Positions 41,959-52,691 of a stretch of DNA of 64,000 nucleotides are shown piece by piece (the stretch's first letter is position 1; each line of letters starts with the position of its first letter). Both the position numbers and the translations under genes were made by a program. A model generated the notes under the pieces. The model did no database searches, was not told where the DNA came from, and saw only the letters and a list, made by a program, of their open reading frames with translations. The DNA lies in the NCBI RefSeq assembly GCF_057098645.1, contig NZ_CM169472.1, one strand, 5' to 3'.

Positions 41959-43053
41959 ATGTCGCGCGTCAATCCTCTATCTTCGCTGTCATTGTTGGCG
42001 GTTCTGGTTTTAGCGGGGTGTAGTAGTCGGGCTCCGCAACCGTTGAAAAAGGGCGAAAAAGAGATAGATGTGGCGAGCGTCGTGCGGCAGAAGATGCCTG
42101 CGAGCGTGAAAGACCGCGATGCCTGGGCGAAAGATCTCGCCACCACCTTTGAAAGTCAGGGGCTGGCACCGACGCTGGAAAACGTCTGCTCGGTGCTGGC
42201 GGTGGCGCAGCAGGAGTCAAATTATCAGGCAGATCCGGCCGTTCCGGGCTTAAGCAAGATCGCCTGGCAAGAGATTGACCGTCGTGCTGAACGGATGCAC
42301 ATTCCTGCTTTTCTGGTTCATACCGCGCTAAAAATCAAATCGCCAAACGGCAAAAGTTATAGCGAACGGTTAGATTCGGTGCGTACAGAAAAGCAATTGA
42401 GCGCGATTTTTGACGATCTGATCAGCATGGTGCCAATGGGGCAGACGCTGTTTGGTTCGCTTAATCCGGTGCGCACCGGTGGGCCGATGCAGGTCAGCAT
42501 TGCTTTTGCCGAACAGCATACCAAAGGGTATCCGTGGAAAATGGACGGTACAGTCCGTCAGGAAGTCTTTAGTCGCCGCGGCGGGTTGTGGTTTGGTACT
42601 TACCATTTACTGAATTATCCCGCCAGTTATAGCGCACCGATATACCGTTTTGCTGATTTTAACGCTGGCTGGTACGCCAGCCGTAATGCCGCGTTTCAGA
42701 ACGCGGTCAGTAAGGCCAGCGGCGTGAAGCTGGCACTGGACGGTGATTTAATTCGTTACGACAGTAAAGAACCCGGGAAAACCGAACTGGCAACGCGCAA
42801 ACTGGCGGCAAAACTGGGGATGAGCGACAGCGAAATTCGTCGTCAGCTAGAGAAAGGTGACAGCTTCTCTTTTGAGGAGACGGCGCTGTACAAGAAAGTT
42901 TATCAACTTGCCGAAGCGAAAACGGGTAAATCACTCCCCCGCGAAATGTTGCCTGGCATTCAACTGGAAAGCCCGAAAATCACCCGCAACCTGACTACGG
43001 CCTGGTTTGCGAAGCGCGTAGACGAACGGCGGGCGCGTTGTATGAAACAGTGA
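41959..43053 (+). CDS. yaiW: Lipoprotein YaiW, 364 aa
   Basis: MSRVNPLSSLSLLAVLVLAGCSSRAP... with lipobox LAGC; immediately downstream of sbmA. Confidence 0.93.
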   Translation: MSRVNPLSSLSLLAVLVLAGCSSRAPQPLKKGEKEIDVASVVRQKMPASVKDRDAWAKDLATTFESQGLAPTLENVCSVLAVAQQESNYQADPAVPGLSKIAWQEIDRRAERMHIPAFLVHTALKIKSPNGKSYSERLDSVRTEKQLSAIFDDLISMVPMGQTLFGSLNPVRTGGPMQVSIAFAEQHTKGYPWKMDGTVRQEVFSRRGGLWFGTYHLLNYPASYSAPIYRFADFNAGWYASRNAAFQNAVSKASGVKLALDGDLIRYDSKEPGKTELATRKLAAKLGMSDSEIRRQLEKGDSFSFEETALYKKVYQLAEAKTGKSLPREMLPGIQLESPKITRNLTTAWFAKRVDERRARCMKQ

Positions 43054-43111
43054 TCAAACAGGAATGTCATGCCAGATAAGGCGTTTTAGGCCGTATCTGG
43101 CAACGTAAATC

Positions 43112-43420
43112 TTACTGGCGGCGATGTCGCCAGTGCAGCCATAGCGCCACCACTGCAAAAATGAGGCAGCCTACTAAAAACGGGATCAGCCCGAAAATGG
43201 TGCCGACACCTAAACCAATTTCCACCCGTGGGCGACCTGTTTCCTGGACCTGCATTAAACGCTCATAGACGCCGGGCGCATGCACTAACAGGTTCAGCAA
43301 TTGCGCCCCAGCCCAAAAGCAAAACAGCACAAACAACGCATAGGCAATGTTGCCAGGCGTTGAAGAGGCATTGCGATATTTTCCGCTAAACAGCGATTTT
43401 GACAGGGTGAAATCAGCCAT
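43112..43420 (-). CDS. yaiY: Inner-membrane protein YaiY, 102 aa
   Basis: [42 protein letters not shown]... Confidence 0.9.
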
Positions 43421-43679
43421 AAAAACCTCCGGAAGTCATCTGCTTCTCTTCTGGTGTGATACCAGCGGCTTATGGCAAGTCTGACAGGTCATTTAGATTG
43501 TCAATATCAGAATCATGGTAAATTGATGTTGGGAATATTCCCGAAGCGTGAATCTTCGCTGCGAGTCACAAAATAGCAACTTTAAGTTAAATTTATTAAC
43601 AATTGCGAAAATGTTGTCTACACCACAGACGGTTGTTACAGAATATGCAAGGATGTTGTTTTTCGTTAACGGAGCAGCC

Positions 43680-43892
43680 ATGAATCTGCCTGTAAAAATC
43701 CGCCTTGACTGGCACTACTATGCGTTCGCCATTGGCCTTATATTCATTCTTAATGGCGTGGTGGGGTTACTGGGATTTGAAGCAAAAGGTTGGCAGACCT
43801 ATGCCGTCGGTCTGGTGACGTGGGTGATTAGTTTCTGGCTGGCGGGGTTGATTATTCGTCGTCGCGATGAAGAAACTGAAAACGCCCAATAA
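43680..43892 (+). CDS. yaiZ: Small membrane protein YaiZ, 70 aa
   Basis: MNLPVKIRLDWHYYAFAIGLIFILNGVVGLLGFEAKGW... with RBS aacggag; the ORF track extends upstream to 43548. Confidence 0.85.
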   Translation: MNLPVKIRLDWHYYAFAIGLIFILNGVVGLLGFEAKGWQTYAVGLVTWVISFWLAGLIIRRRDEETENAQ

Positions 43893-43915
43893 GAATATTA
43901 TCGGGCGTTAAAATA

Positions 43916-45010
43916 TTACATTGTGGTTTTCAATGCGTTATCCGCAGCGTGACGCTCCAGCGCCAGCTCAATCAAACGTGTGATCAGATCGGTGTAACCC
44001 AGACCGCTGGCTTGCCACAGCTTCGGATACATACTGATGTTGGTGAAGCCAGGCAGTGTGTTGATCTCGTTGATCACCACTTCGTTCTCTGGGGTTAAAA
44101 ACACGTCTACACGCGCCATGCCTGCGCATCCCAACGTCTGATAAGCCTGAACGGCAATCGCCCGGATCTTATCGTTGATTTCTGGCGCAATGGCTGCCGG
44201 AACTACCACTTTCGCGCCATCTTCGTCAATGTACTTGGTGTCGTAGGCATAGAAATCGCTGGTGAGTACGATCTCGCCACAGGTGCTGGCTTGCGGATTG
44301 TCGTTGCCCAGAACTGCGCATTCGATCTCACGACCTTTGATCCCTTGCTCAACGATCACTTTATGATCGAACTCGAACGCCAGATCGACGGCAATTGCGT
44401 ACTGTTCTTCACTGGTTACTTTGCTGACACCAACAGAAGAGCCCTGATTAGCCGGTTTTACAAACAGTGGTAACCCCAGTTTAGACTCCACTTCGGCAAA
44501 ACTGATGTTGTGACGATTAGCGCGCGTCAGGGTAATAAATGGCGCAATGTTCAGCCCGGCATCGCGTAGCAGATGTTTGGTGACATCTTTATCCATACAG
44601 GCTGCTGAAGCCAGAACATCAGAACCTACAAACGGTAAATTGGCGACCCGCAGCATTCCCTGCAAGGAACCATCTTCGCCCAGCGTACCGTGGACAATCG
44701 GGAAAATGACATCCACCGTCGGCAACGGCTGACCGTTTTGCGCGTCGATAAGCTGATGCTCATGTTTACCTGGCACCTGGGCGAGGCTGGTCGCCGAAGG
44801 GCGCAACGCAATATGGGCAGGATCGTCTGCATTTAGCAGATAATTGCTGGCATCGCTGACGTGCCATTGCCCTTGTTTATCAATGCCCAGCAGCACAACG
44901 TCGAAGCGACTTTTATCAATGGCATCGACAATGTTTTTTGCCGATTGCAGAGACACTTCATGTTCCGCTGATTTACCACCAAAAACGATTCCTACCCGCA
45001 GTTTTTCCAT
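43916..45010 (-). CDS. ddlA: D-alanine—D-alanine ligase A, 364 aa
   Basis: [50 protein letters not shown]... Confidence 0.96.
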   Translation of the reverse strand: MEKLRVGIVFGGKSAEHEVSLQSAKNIVDAIDKSRFDVVLLGIDKQGQWHVSDASNYLLNADDPAHIALRPSATSLAQVPGKHEHQLIDAQNGQPLPTVDVIFPIVHGTLGEDGSLQGMLRVANLPFVGSDVLASAACMDKDVTKHLLRDAGLNIAPFITLTRANRHNISFAEVESKLGLPLFVKPANQGSSVGVSKVTSEEQYAIAVDLAFEFDHKVIVEQGIKGREIECAVLGNDNPQASTCGEIVLTSDFYAYDTKYIDEDGAKVVVPAAIAPEINDKIRAIAVQAYQTLGCAGMARVDVFLTPENEVVINEINTLPGFTNISMYPKLWQASGLGYTDLITRLIELALERHAADNALKTTM

Positions 45011-45472
45011 CTTAAAAACCTATCCCGTCTAACACAAAGTGCATACATTACCACGACAAAACGGGGGATTCGCGGCCTTCTGAAAGATTGTTGCAATCTT
45101 CTGCTGACAAAGCGTGCAACGTACTGGTGAAGAAAGTGTGTTATCTCAAAGATGTGCGCAAGATCACAAAAATGATGAACGGGAAGCTAATTTATTCCTG
45201 GCTTAAATGGCAATGCGGTGAGTTTTTTTCTCTTAATTATAAGTTAACGAAGAGAATATATTCCATAACTTTTATTTATAATAAAGGTTGATAATTAAAA
45301 GCCTATATTTTGTGTGGGTAATTATTTAAATAAGAGAAACGTTTCGCTGGTAATCAAACAAAAAATATTTGCGCAAAGTATTTCCTTTGTCATAAAAATA
45401 ATACTTCCAGACACTATGAAGTTGTGAAACATAATGTTAACTTCTCCATACTTTGGATAAGGAAATACAGAC

Positions 45473-45733
45473 ATGAAAAATCTCATTGCTGAGTTGTTAT
45501 TTAAGCTTGCCCAAAAAGAAGAAGAGTCGAAAGAACTGTGTGCGCAGGTAGAAGCTTTGGAGATTATCGTCACTGCAATGCTTCGCAATATGGCGCAAAA
45601 TGACCAACAGCGGTTGATTGATCAGGTAGAGGGGGCGCTGTACGAGGTAAAGCCCGATGCCAGCATTCCTGACGACGATACGGAGCTGCTGCGCGATTAC
45701 GTAAAGAAGTTATTGAAGCATCCTCGTCAGTAA
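45473..45733 (+). CDS. iraP: Anti-adapter protein IraP, 86 aa
   Basis: [59 protein letters not shown]... Confidence 0.93.
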
Positions 45734-45753
45734 AAAGTTAATCTTTTCAACTG

Positions 45754-45771
45754 CTGTCATAAAGTTGTCAC
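45754..45771 (+). promoter_or_regulatory. Pho box upstream of phoA
   Basis: CTGTCATAAAGTTGTCAC, direct 7-bp repeats with 4-bp spacer, about 60 bp upstream of the phoA GTG start. Confidence 0.8.
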
Positions 45772-45833
45772 GGCCGAGACTTATAGTCGCTTTGTTTTTA
45801 TTTTTTAATGTATTTGTACATGGAGAAAATAAA

Positions 45834-47249
45834 GTGAAACAAAGCACTATTGCACTGGCACTCTTACCGTTACTGTTTACCCCTGTGACAAAAGCCCGGA
45901 CACCAGAAATGCCTGTTCTGGAAAACCGGGCTGCTCAGGGCGATATTACTGCACCCGGCGGTGCTCGCCGCTTAACGGGTGATCAGACCGCCGCTCTGCG
46001 TGATTCTCTTAGCGATAAACCTGCAAAAAATATTATTTTGCTGATTGGCGATGGGATGGGGGATTCGGAAATTACTGCCGCACGTAATTATGCCGAAGGT
46101 GCGGGCGGCTTTTTTAAAGGTATCGATGCCTTACCGCTTACCGGGCAATACACTCACTATGCGCTGAATAAAAAAACCGGCAAACCGGACTACGTCACCG
46201 ACTCGGCTGCATCAGCAACCGCCTGGTCAACCGGTGTCAAAACCTATAACGGCGCGCTGGGCGTCGATATTCACGAAAAAGATCACCCAACGATTCTGGA
46301 AATGGCAAAAGCCGCAGGTCTGGCGACCGGTAACGTTTCTACCGCAGAGTTGCAGGATGCCACGCCCGCTGCGCTGGTGGCACATGTGACCTCGCGCAAA
46401 TGCTACGGTCCGAGCGCGACCAGTGAAAAATGTCCGGGTAACGCTCTGGAAAAAGGCGGAAAAGGATCGATTACCGAACAGCTGCTTAACGCTCGTGCCG
46501 ACGTTACGCTTGGCGGCGGCGCAAAAACCTTTGCTGAAACGGCAACCGCTGGTGAATGGCAGGGAAAAACGCTGCGTGAACAGGCACAGGCGCGTGGTTA
46601 TCAGTTGGTGAGCGATGCTGCCTCACTGAATTCGGTGACGGAAGCGAATCAGCAAAAACCCCTGCTTGGCCTGTTTGCTGACGGCAATATGCCAGTGCGC
46701 TGGCTAGGACCGAAAGCAACGTATCACGGTAATATTGATAAGCCCGCAGTCACCTGTACGCCTAATCCGCAACGTAATGACAGTGTACCAACCCTGGCGC
46801 AGATGACCGACAAAGCCATTGAATTGTTGAGTAAAAATGAGAAAGGCTTTTTCCTGCAAGTTGAAGGTGCGTCAATCGATAAACAGGATCATGCTGCGAA
46901 TCCTTGTGGGCAAATTGGCGAGACGGTCGATCTCGATGAAGCCGTACAACGGGCGCTGGAATTCGCTAAAAAGGAGGGTAACACGCTGGTCATAGTCACC
47001 GCTGATCACGCCCACGCCAGCCAAATTGTTGCGCCGGATACCAAAGCTCCGGGCCTCACCCAGGCGCTAAATACCAAAGATGGCGCAGTGATGGTGATGA
47101 GTTACGGGAACTCCGAAGAGGATTCACAAGAACATACAGGCAGTCAGTTGCGTATTGCGGCGTATGGCCCGCATGCCGCCAATGTTGTTGGACTGACCGA
47201 CCAGACTGATCTCTTCTACACCATGAAAGCCGCCCTGGGGCTGAAATAA
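45834..47249 (+). CDS. phoA: Alkaline phosphatase PhoA, 471 aa, GTG start
   Basis: [51 protein letters not shown]...; active-site region [12 protein letters not shown]; the ORF track extends upstream to 45765. Confidence 0.96.
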   Translation: MKQSTIALALLPLLFTPVTKARTPEMPVLENRAAQGDITAPGGARRLTGDQTAALRDSLSDKPAKNIILLIGDGMGDSEITAARNYAEGAGGFFKGIDALPLTGQYTHYALNKKTGKPDYVTDSAASATAWSTGVKTYNGALGVDIHEKDHPTILEMAKAAGLATGNVSTAELQDATPAALVAHVTSRKCYGPSATSEKCPGNALEKGGKGSITEQLLNARADVTLGGGAKTFAETATAGEWQGKTLREQAQARGYQLVSDAASLNSVTEANQQKPLLGLFADGNMPVRWLGPKATYHGNIDKPAVTCTPNPQRNDSVPTLAQMTDKAIELLSKNEKGFFLQVEGASIDKQDHAANPCGQIGETVDLDEAVQRALEFAKKEGNTLVIVTADHAHASQIVAPDTKAPGLTQALNTKDGAVMVMSYGNSEEDSQEHTGSQLRIAAYGPHAANVVGLTDQTDLFYTMKAALGLK

Positions 47250-47255
47250 AACCGC

Positions 47256-47292
47256 GCCCGGCAGTGAATTTTCGCTGCCGGGTGGTTTTTTT
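47256..47292 (+). terminator. Hairpin plus T-tract immediately downstream of phoA
   Basis: cccggcag-tgaattttcg-ctgccggg followed by tggttttttt. Confidence 0.55.
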
Positions 47293-47367
47293 GCTGTTAG
47301 CAACCAGACTTAATGGCAGATCACGGGCGCATACGCTCATGGTTAAAACATGAAGAGGGATGGTGCT

Positions 47368-47688
47368 ATGAAAATTACATTACTGGTTACCTTGCTTTTC
47401 GGTCTGGTTTTTTTAACCACCGTCGGTGCTGCCGAGAGAACCTTAACCCCACAACAACAGCGTATGACCTCCTGTAATCAGCAGGCGACGGCACAGGCGT
47501 TGAAAGGGGATGCTCGTAAGACCTACATGAGTGATTGCCTGAAGAACAGCAAGTCTGCGCCTGGTGAAAAAAGTTTGACGCCACAGCAGCAAAAGATGCG
47601 CGAATGTAATAATCAAGCAACGCAACAATCACTGAAAGGTGATGATCGTAATAAGTTTATGAGCGCCTGCCTCAAGAAAGCCGCCTGA
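47368..47688 (+). CDS. psiF: Phosphate-starvation-inducible protein PsiF, 106 aa
   Basis: MKITLLVTLLFGLVFLTTVGAAERTLTPQQQRMTSCNQQATAQALKGD...; internal duplication; the ORF track extends six codons upstream. Confidence 0.93.
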   Translation: MKITLLVTLLFGLVFLTTVGAAERTLTPQQQRMTSCNQQATAQALKGDARKTYMSDCLKNSKSAPGEKSLTPQQQKMRECNNQATQQSLKGDDRNKFMSACLKKAA

Positions 47689-47704
47689 TACCTGATAGTG
47701 CTAA

Positions 47705-47745
47705 CGGGTGAGCTACTAAAATGGCTCACCCGAAATTTCATACTT
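47705..47745 (+). terminator. Candidate psiF terminator hairpin
   Basis: cgggtgagc-tactaaaatg-gctcacccg followed by aaatttcatacttc (weak U-tract). Confidence 0.45.
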
Positions 47746-47789
47746 CTGCCTTTAGCTCCGTCTCTATAATTTGGGAAAATTGTTTCTGA

Positions 47790-48905
47790 ATGTTCCCAAA
47801 AATAATGAATGATGAAAACTTTTTCAAAAAAGCGGCGGCGCACGGGGAGGAACCTCCTTTAACTCCTCAAAACGAACATCAGCGGTCCGGGCTGCGCTTC
47901 GCCCGTCGCGTCAGACTACCCCGTGCGGTTGGCCTGGCTGGCATGTTCTTACCGATTGCTTCAACGCTGGTTTCACACCCGCCGCCGGGCTGGTGGTGGC
48001 TGGTGTTGGTCGGCTGGGCGTTCGTCTGGCCGCATTTAGCCTGGCAGATAGCGAGCAGGGCCGTCGATCCGCTTAGCCGGGAAATTTACAACTTAAAAAC
48101 CGATGCAGTATTAGCGGGAATGTGGGTAGGCGTAATGGGCGTAAACGTGCTGCCTTCCACCGCGATGTTGATGATTATGTGTCTGAATTTGATGGGGGCA
48201 GGCGGCTCCCGTCTGTTTGTCGCGGGTCTGGTGTTGATGGTGGTTTCCTGCCTTGTCACCCTCGAGCTGACGGGCATTACCGTGTCGTTCAATAGCGCGC
48301 CGCTGGAATGGTGGCTCTCCCTTCCCATTATTGTCATTTATCCTCTGCTGTTTGGCTGGGTCAGCTACCAGACGGCAACCAAACTGGCGGAACATAAACG
48401 CAGGTTGCAGGTCATGAGTACCCGCGACGGCATGACGGGCGTGTATAACCGACGTCATTGGGAAACTATGTTACGCAATGAATTTGATAACTGTCGGCGG
48501 CATAATCGCGATGCAACGTTACTGATTATCGATATCGACCATTTCAAGAGCATCAACGATACCTGGGGCCATGATGTGGGCGATGAAGCGATTGTGGCGC
48601 TTACCCGACAGTTACAAATTACCCTGCGCGGTAGCGATGTGATTGGTCGGTTTGGCGGCGATGAGTTTGCGGTAATCATGTCCGGTACGCCAGCTGAGAG
48701 CGCCATTACCGCCATGTTACGGGTGCATGAAGGGCTAAACACGTTACGCTTGCCGAATACGCCACAGGTAACTTTACGGATTAGTGTGGGGGTTGCACCG
48801 CTGAACCCACAAATGAGTCACTATCGTGAGTGGTTGAAATCGGCAGATTTGGCGCTTTACAAAGCAAAGAAAGCCGGACGTAACCGCACCGAAGTGGCGG
48901 CCTGA
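47790..48905 (+). CDS. dgcC: Diguanylate cyclase DgcC (AdrA/YaiC), 371 aa
   Basis: MFPKIMNDENFFKKAAAHGEEPPLTPQNEHQRSG...; membrane MASE2-type N-terminus and GGDEF domain (RFGGDEF). Confidence 0.94.
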   Translation: MFPKIMNDENFFKKAAAHGEEPPLTPQNEHQRSGLRFARRVRLPRAVGLAGMFLPIASTLVSHPPPGWWWLVLVGWAFVWPHLAWQIASRAVDPLSREIYNLKTDAVLAGMWVGVMGVNVLPSTAMLMIMCLNLMGAGGSRLFVAGLVLMVVSCLVTLELTGITVSFNSAPLEWWLSLPIIVIYPLLFGWVSYQTATKLAEHKRRLQVMSTRDGMTGVYNRRHWETMLRNEFDNCRRHNRDATLLIIDIDHFKSINDTWGHDVGDEAIVALTRQLQITLRGSDVIGRFGGDEFAVIMSGTPAESAITAMLRVHEGLNTLRLPNTPQVTLRISVGVAPLNPQMSHYREWLKSADLALYKAKKAGRNRTEVAA

Positions 48906-48921
48906 CGTCCGGCAAAAGTCA

Positions 48922-49731
48922 TCAGGATTTGCTGAGTTTTTCTGATTTTTCCATACACTTCGTCATCGCTTCGATCACTGCGGCACGGAAGCCTTTCTCT
49001 TCCAGTACGCGTACCGCTTCAATGGTGGTGCCTCCCGGTGAGCAGACCATATCTTTCAGTGCTCCCGGATGTTCTCCCGTTTCCAGCACCATTTTTGCGG
49101 AACCCATTACCGCCTGAGCGGCAAATTTATACGCCTGAGCGCGTGGCATCCCGCCCAGCACGGCGGCGTCGGCCATCGCTTCGATAAACATAAATACGTA
49201 GGCTGGCGAAGAACCGCTCACACCGACCACCGGGTGGATCATCGGCTCAGCAATCACTTCCGCTTCGCCAAAGCAGCGGAAAATATTCAGCACATCAGCG
49301 GTATCTTCTGGGGTTACCAGCGCGTTTGGCGTTACGGAGGTCATCCCGGCATTAACCAGCGCGGGAGTGTTCGGCATGGCGCGGATAATTTTCCGGTCAT
49401 GGCCCAGCGCGCGGGCAAGCTGGTCGAGTGTGATACCTGCAGCAATAGAAACGACCAGAGAGTCTTTATTCAGGCTGGAGGTGATTTCGCTAAGCACTTT
49501 AATCATGATGCCAGGTTTAACGGCGGCAAAAATGATGTCAGCGATTTGCGCCACTTCTTGCGCCGATTCTGCGGCGTTGATGCCGAACTGGTCATGCAGG
49601 GCGGCGACTTTATCCGGGGAGGGGGTGTATACCCAGATTTGCCCTGGAAGCACCTGACCGCTGGCAATCAGACCGCCGAGAATGGCTTTTCCCATATTGC
49701 CGCAGCCAATAAAACCGATTTTCTTTTCCAT
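48922..49731 (-). CDS. proC: Pyrroline-5-carboxylate reductase ProC, 269 aa
   Basis: [42 protein letters not shown]...; the ORF track extends to 49839. Confidence 0.95.
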   Translation of the reverse strand: MEKKIGFIGCGNMGKAILGGLIASGQVLPGQIWVYTPSPDKVAALHDQFGINAAESAQEVAQIADIIFAAVKPGIMIKVLSEITSSLNKDSLVVSIAAGITLDQLARALGHDRKIIRAMPNTPALVNAGMTSVTPNALVTPEDTADVLNIFRCFGEAEVIAEPMIHPVVGVSGSSPAYVFMFIEAMADAAVLGGMPRAQAYKFAAQAVMGSAKMVLETGEHPGALKDMVCSPGGTTIEAVRVLEEKGFRAAVIEAMTKCMEKSEKLSKS

Positions 49732-49850
49732 TGCCTCACTCCTGCCGTGAAATTCATTGTTTTGATAATCGCTGGCAGAAGCATAAACAGAACTATGCCG
49801 GAAGGCAAAAGCGCGACACAATAGAGGATTACCCAACAAAGGATGACTTT

Positions 49851-50309
49851 ATGACAATTTGGGTGGATGCCGACGCGTGTCCCAATGTAATTAAAGAGAT
49901 TTTGTATCGCGCGGCGGAACGTATGCAGATGCCGCTGGTACTGGTAGCAAACCAGAGTTTACGCGTGCCGCCATCGCGATTTATTCGTACGCTGCGCGTC
50001 GCGGCAGGTTTCGACGTTGCCGATAACGAAATTGTCCGGCAGTGTGAAGCGGGCGATTTGGTGATCACCGCAGATATACCTTTGGCTGCTGAAGCCATCG
50101 AGAAAGGCGCTGCGGCGCTTAATCCGCGCGGTGAACGTTACACGCCAGCGACCATTCGTGAGCGCCTGACGATGCGCGATTTTATGGATACCTTACGTGC
50201 CAGTGGGATCCAGACCGGCGGACCAGATAGCCTTTCACAACGTGACCGCCAGGCCTTTGCCGCGGAGCTGGAGAAGTGGTGGCTGGAAGTGCAACGTAGT
50301 CGTGGCTAA
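49851..50309 (+). CDS. yaiI: UPF0178-family protein YaiI, 152 aa
   Basis: [35 protein letters not shown]...; the ORF track extends upstream to 49731. Confidence 0.9.
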   Translation: MTIWVDADACPNVIKEILYRAAERMQMPLVLVANQSLRVPPSRFIRTLRVAAGFDVADNEIVRQCEAGDLVITADIPLAAEAIEKGAAALNPRGERYTPATIRERLTMRDFMDTLRASGIQTGGPDSLSQRDRQAFAAELEKWWLEVQRSRG

Positions 50310-50440
50310 ATGTAATTTATTATTTACACTTCATTCTTGAATATTTATTGGTATAGTAAGGGATGTATTGAGATTTTCACTTTAAGTGGAATTTTTTCTT
50401 TACAATCGAAATTGTACTAGTTTGATGGTATGATCGCTAT
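50310..50440 (+). promoter_or_regulatory. aroL control region: TyrR boxes and a TrpR operator-like site
   Basis: TGTAATttattaTTTACA (50310..50327) and TGGAATtttttcTTTACA (50387..50404) fit TGTAAA-N6-TTTACA; tGTACTAGTTtgatggta (50413..50430) resembles the TrpR operator; -10 tatgat. Confidence 0.7.
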
Positions 50441-50491
50441 TCTCATGACACCGGCTTTCGCCGCATTGCGACCTATTGGGGAAAACCCACG

Positions 50492-51016
50492 ATGACACAA
50501 CCTCTTTTTCTGATCGGGCCTCGGGGCTGTGGTAAAACAACGGTCGGAATGGCCCTTGCCGATTCGCTTAACCGTCGGTTTGTCGATACCGATCAGTGGT
50601 TGCAATCACAGCTCAATATGACGGTCGCGGAGATCGTCGAAAGGGAAGAGTGGGCGGGATTTCGCGCCAGAGAAACGGCGGCGCTGGAAGCGGTAACTGC
50701 GCCATCCACCGTTATCGCTACAGGCGGCGGCATTATTCTGACGGAATTTAATCGTCACTTCATGCAAAATAACGGGATCGTGGTTTATTTGTGTGCGCCA
50801 GTATCAGTCCTGGTTAACCGACTGCAAGCTGCGCCGGAAGAAGATTTACGGCCAACCTTAACGGGAAAACCGCTGAGCGAAGAAGTTCAGGAAGTGCTGG
50901 AAGAACGCGATGCGCTATATCGCGAAGTTGCGCATATTATCATCGACGCAACAAACGAACCCAGCCAGGTGATTTCTGAAATTCGCAGCGCCCTGGCACA
51001 GACGATCAATTGTTGA
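50492..51016 (+). CDS. aroL: Shikimate kinase II AroL, 174 aa
   Basis: [38 protein letters not shown]... Confidence 0.96.
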
Positions 51017-51056
51017 TTTTCGAGCGCCTATACTTAACGTTCATCCCGTGAAATAA

Positions 51057-51257
<201 letters not shown>

Positions 51258-51514
51258 CCGCATCAGACTGCTCGGAAGGGATTCTGAGTGCCACTACAAG
51301 GGATCTGCGTCACATTTTTCATAATTCATGTTTTTCTAATAATTAGAATATTAAACAATAACAATCCATTACTGGAATCATTTGGAATCTTTACATTATG
51401 CCGTGCACGTCTGCTGCTACGCTTTTTGTCATTTGTAGCACAAGTAAGTGTCAGCAGTGGTGCTTAACACTTGCCCGGTAATTAACGACGAAATAAAAGT
51501 AAGGTGGATGAACA

Positions 51515-52192
51515 ATGAGTGCGTCGTTGGCGATCCTGACCATCGGCATTGTACCTATGCAGGAAGTTTTGCCGCTCCTGACGGAATACATTGACGAAGA
51601 TAATATTTCCCATCATAGCCTGCTGGGGAAGTTAAGTCGTGAAGAAGTGATGGCGGAGTACGCGCCAGAAGCAGGCGAAGACACCATTCTCACATTATTA
51701 AATGACAACCAGCTGGCCCATGTTTCGCGTCGTAAAGTGGAGCGAGACCTGCAAGGTGTGGTTGAAGTGCTCGATAATCAGGGTTATGACGTCATTTTAT
51801 TAATGAGTACAGCAAACATTAGTAGTATGACTGCGCGTAATACGATCTTTCTTGAGCCGTCGCGAATATTGCCTCCACTGGTTTCCTCTATTGTTGAAGA
51901 TCATCAGGTGGGGGTTATCGTTCCGGTTGAGGAGATGCTGCCCGTTCAGGCGCAAAAATGGCAAATTTTGCAGAAATCGCCGGTATTTTCATTGGGTAAC
52001 CCCATTCATGATTCAGAACAAAAAATCATTGATGCCGGGAAAGAATTACTGGCAAAAGGGGCTGATGTCATCATGCTGGATTGTTTAGGATTTCACCAAC
52101 GTCATCGCGATTTACTGCAAAAACAGCTCGATGTTCCTGTCTTGCTGTCTAACGTATTGATTGCACGGCTAGCTGCGGAATTACTGGTGTAA
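51515..52192 (+). CDS. aroM: Protein AroM, 225 aa
   Basis: [49 protein letters not shown]... Confidence 0.93.
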
Positions 52193-52263
52193 TTTTGCGT
52201 GACAGCCAGCGCCTCTGGCCCCTATAGTGAAGTAGATGTTCAACTACCAGACAGGGCCAGTTT

Positions 52264-52548
52264 ATGCTTCAAAGTAATGAGTACTTTTCCGGCAAAGTGA
52301 AATCGATCGGCTTTTCCAGCAGCAGCACTGGTCGCGCCAGCGTGGGTGTTATGGTTGAAGGCGAATACACCTTCAGCACCGCTGAGCCGGAAGAAATGAC
52401 GGTAATCAGTGGCGCGCTGAATGTGTTACTGCCTGACGCGACCGACTGGCAAGTGTATGAAGCCGGTTCGGTGTTTAATGTTCCCGGTCACAGTGAGTTT
52501 CATCTGCAAGTTGCCGAACCCACCTCTTATCTGTGCCGCTATCTGTAA
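52264..52548 (+). CDS. ppnP: Pyrimidine/purine nucleoside phosphorylase PpnP (YaiE), 94 aa
   Basis: [94 protein letters not shown]. Confidence 0.94.
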
Positions 52549-52691
52549 TTCCTCGCCTTCCCCTTGAACGGGAGGGCATTTTTCTGAAATATCCTCTCTT
52601 TAACCCATAATAATATTTCCTTTGCTGCGATTTTTTCAATTTCCGATATATTCATAATTCATCAAGGTTGATATAAATATCATTGAAGATT

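Noticed and set aside
43893-43915. Possible bidirectional terminator between yaiZ and ddlA
   Set aside because: Only a 7-bp imperfect stem (aacgccc/gggcgtt) with a long loop in a 23-bp spacer; too weak to call.
45088-45291. 67-aa ORF (and a minus-strand ORF at 45322..45588) between ddlA and iraP
   Set aside because: AT-rich promoter region for iraP; the second ORF overlaps the iraP start on the opposite strand.
49069-49824. 251-aa ORF antisense to proC
   Set aside because: Entirely within proC on the opposite strand; the product is low-complexity.
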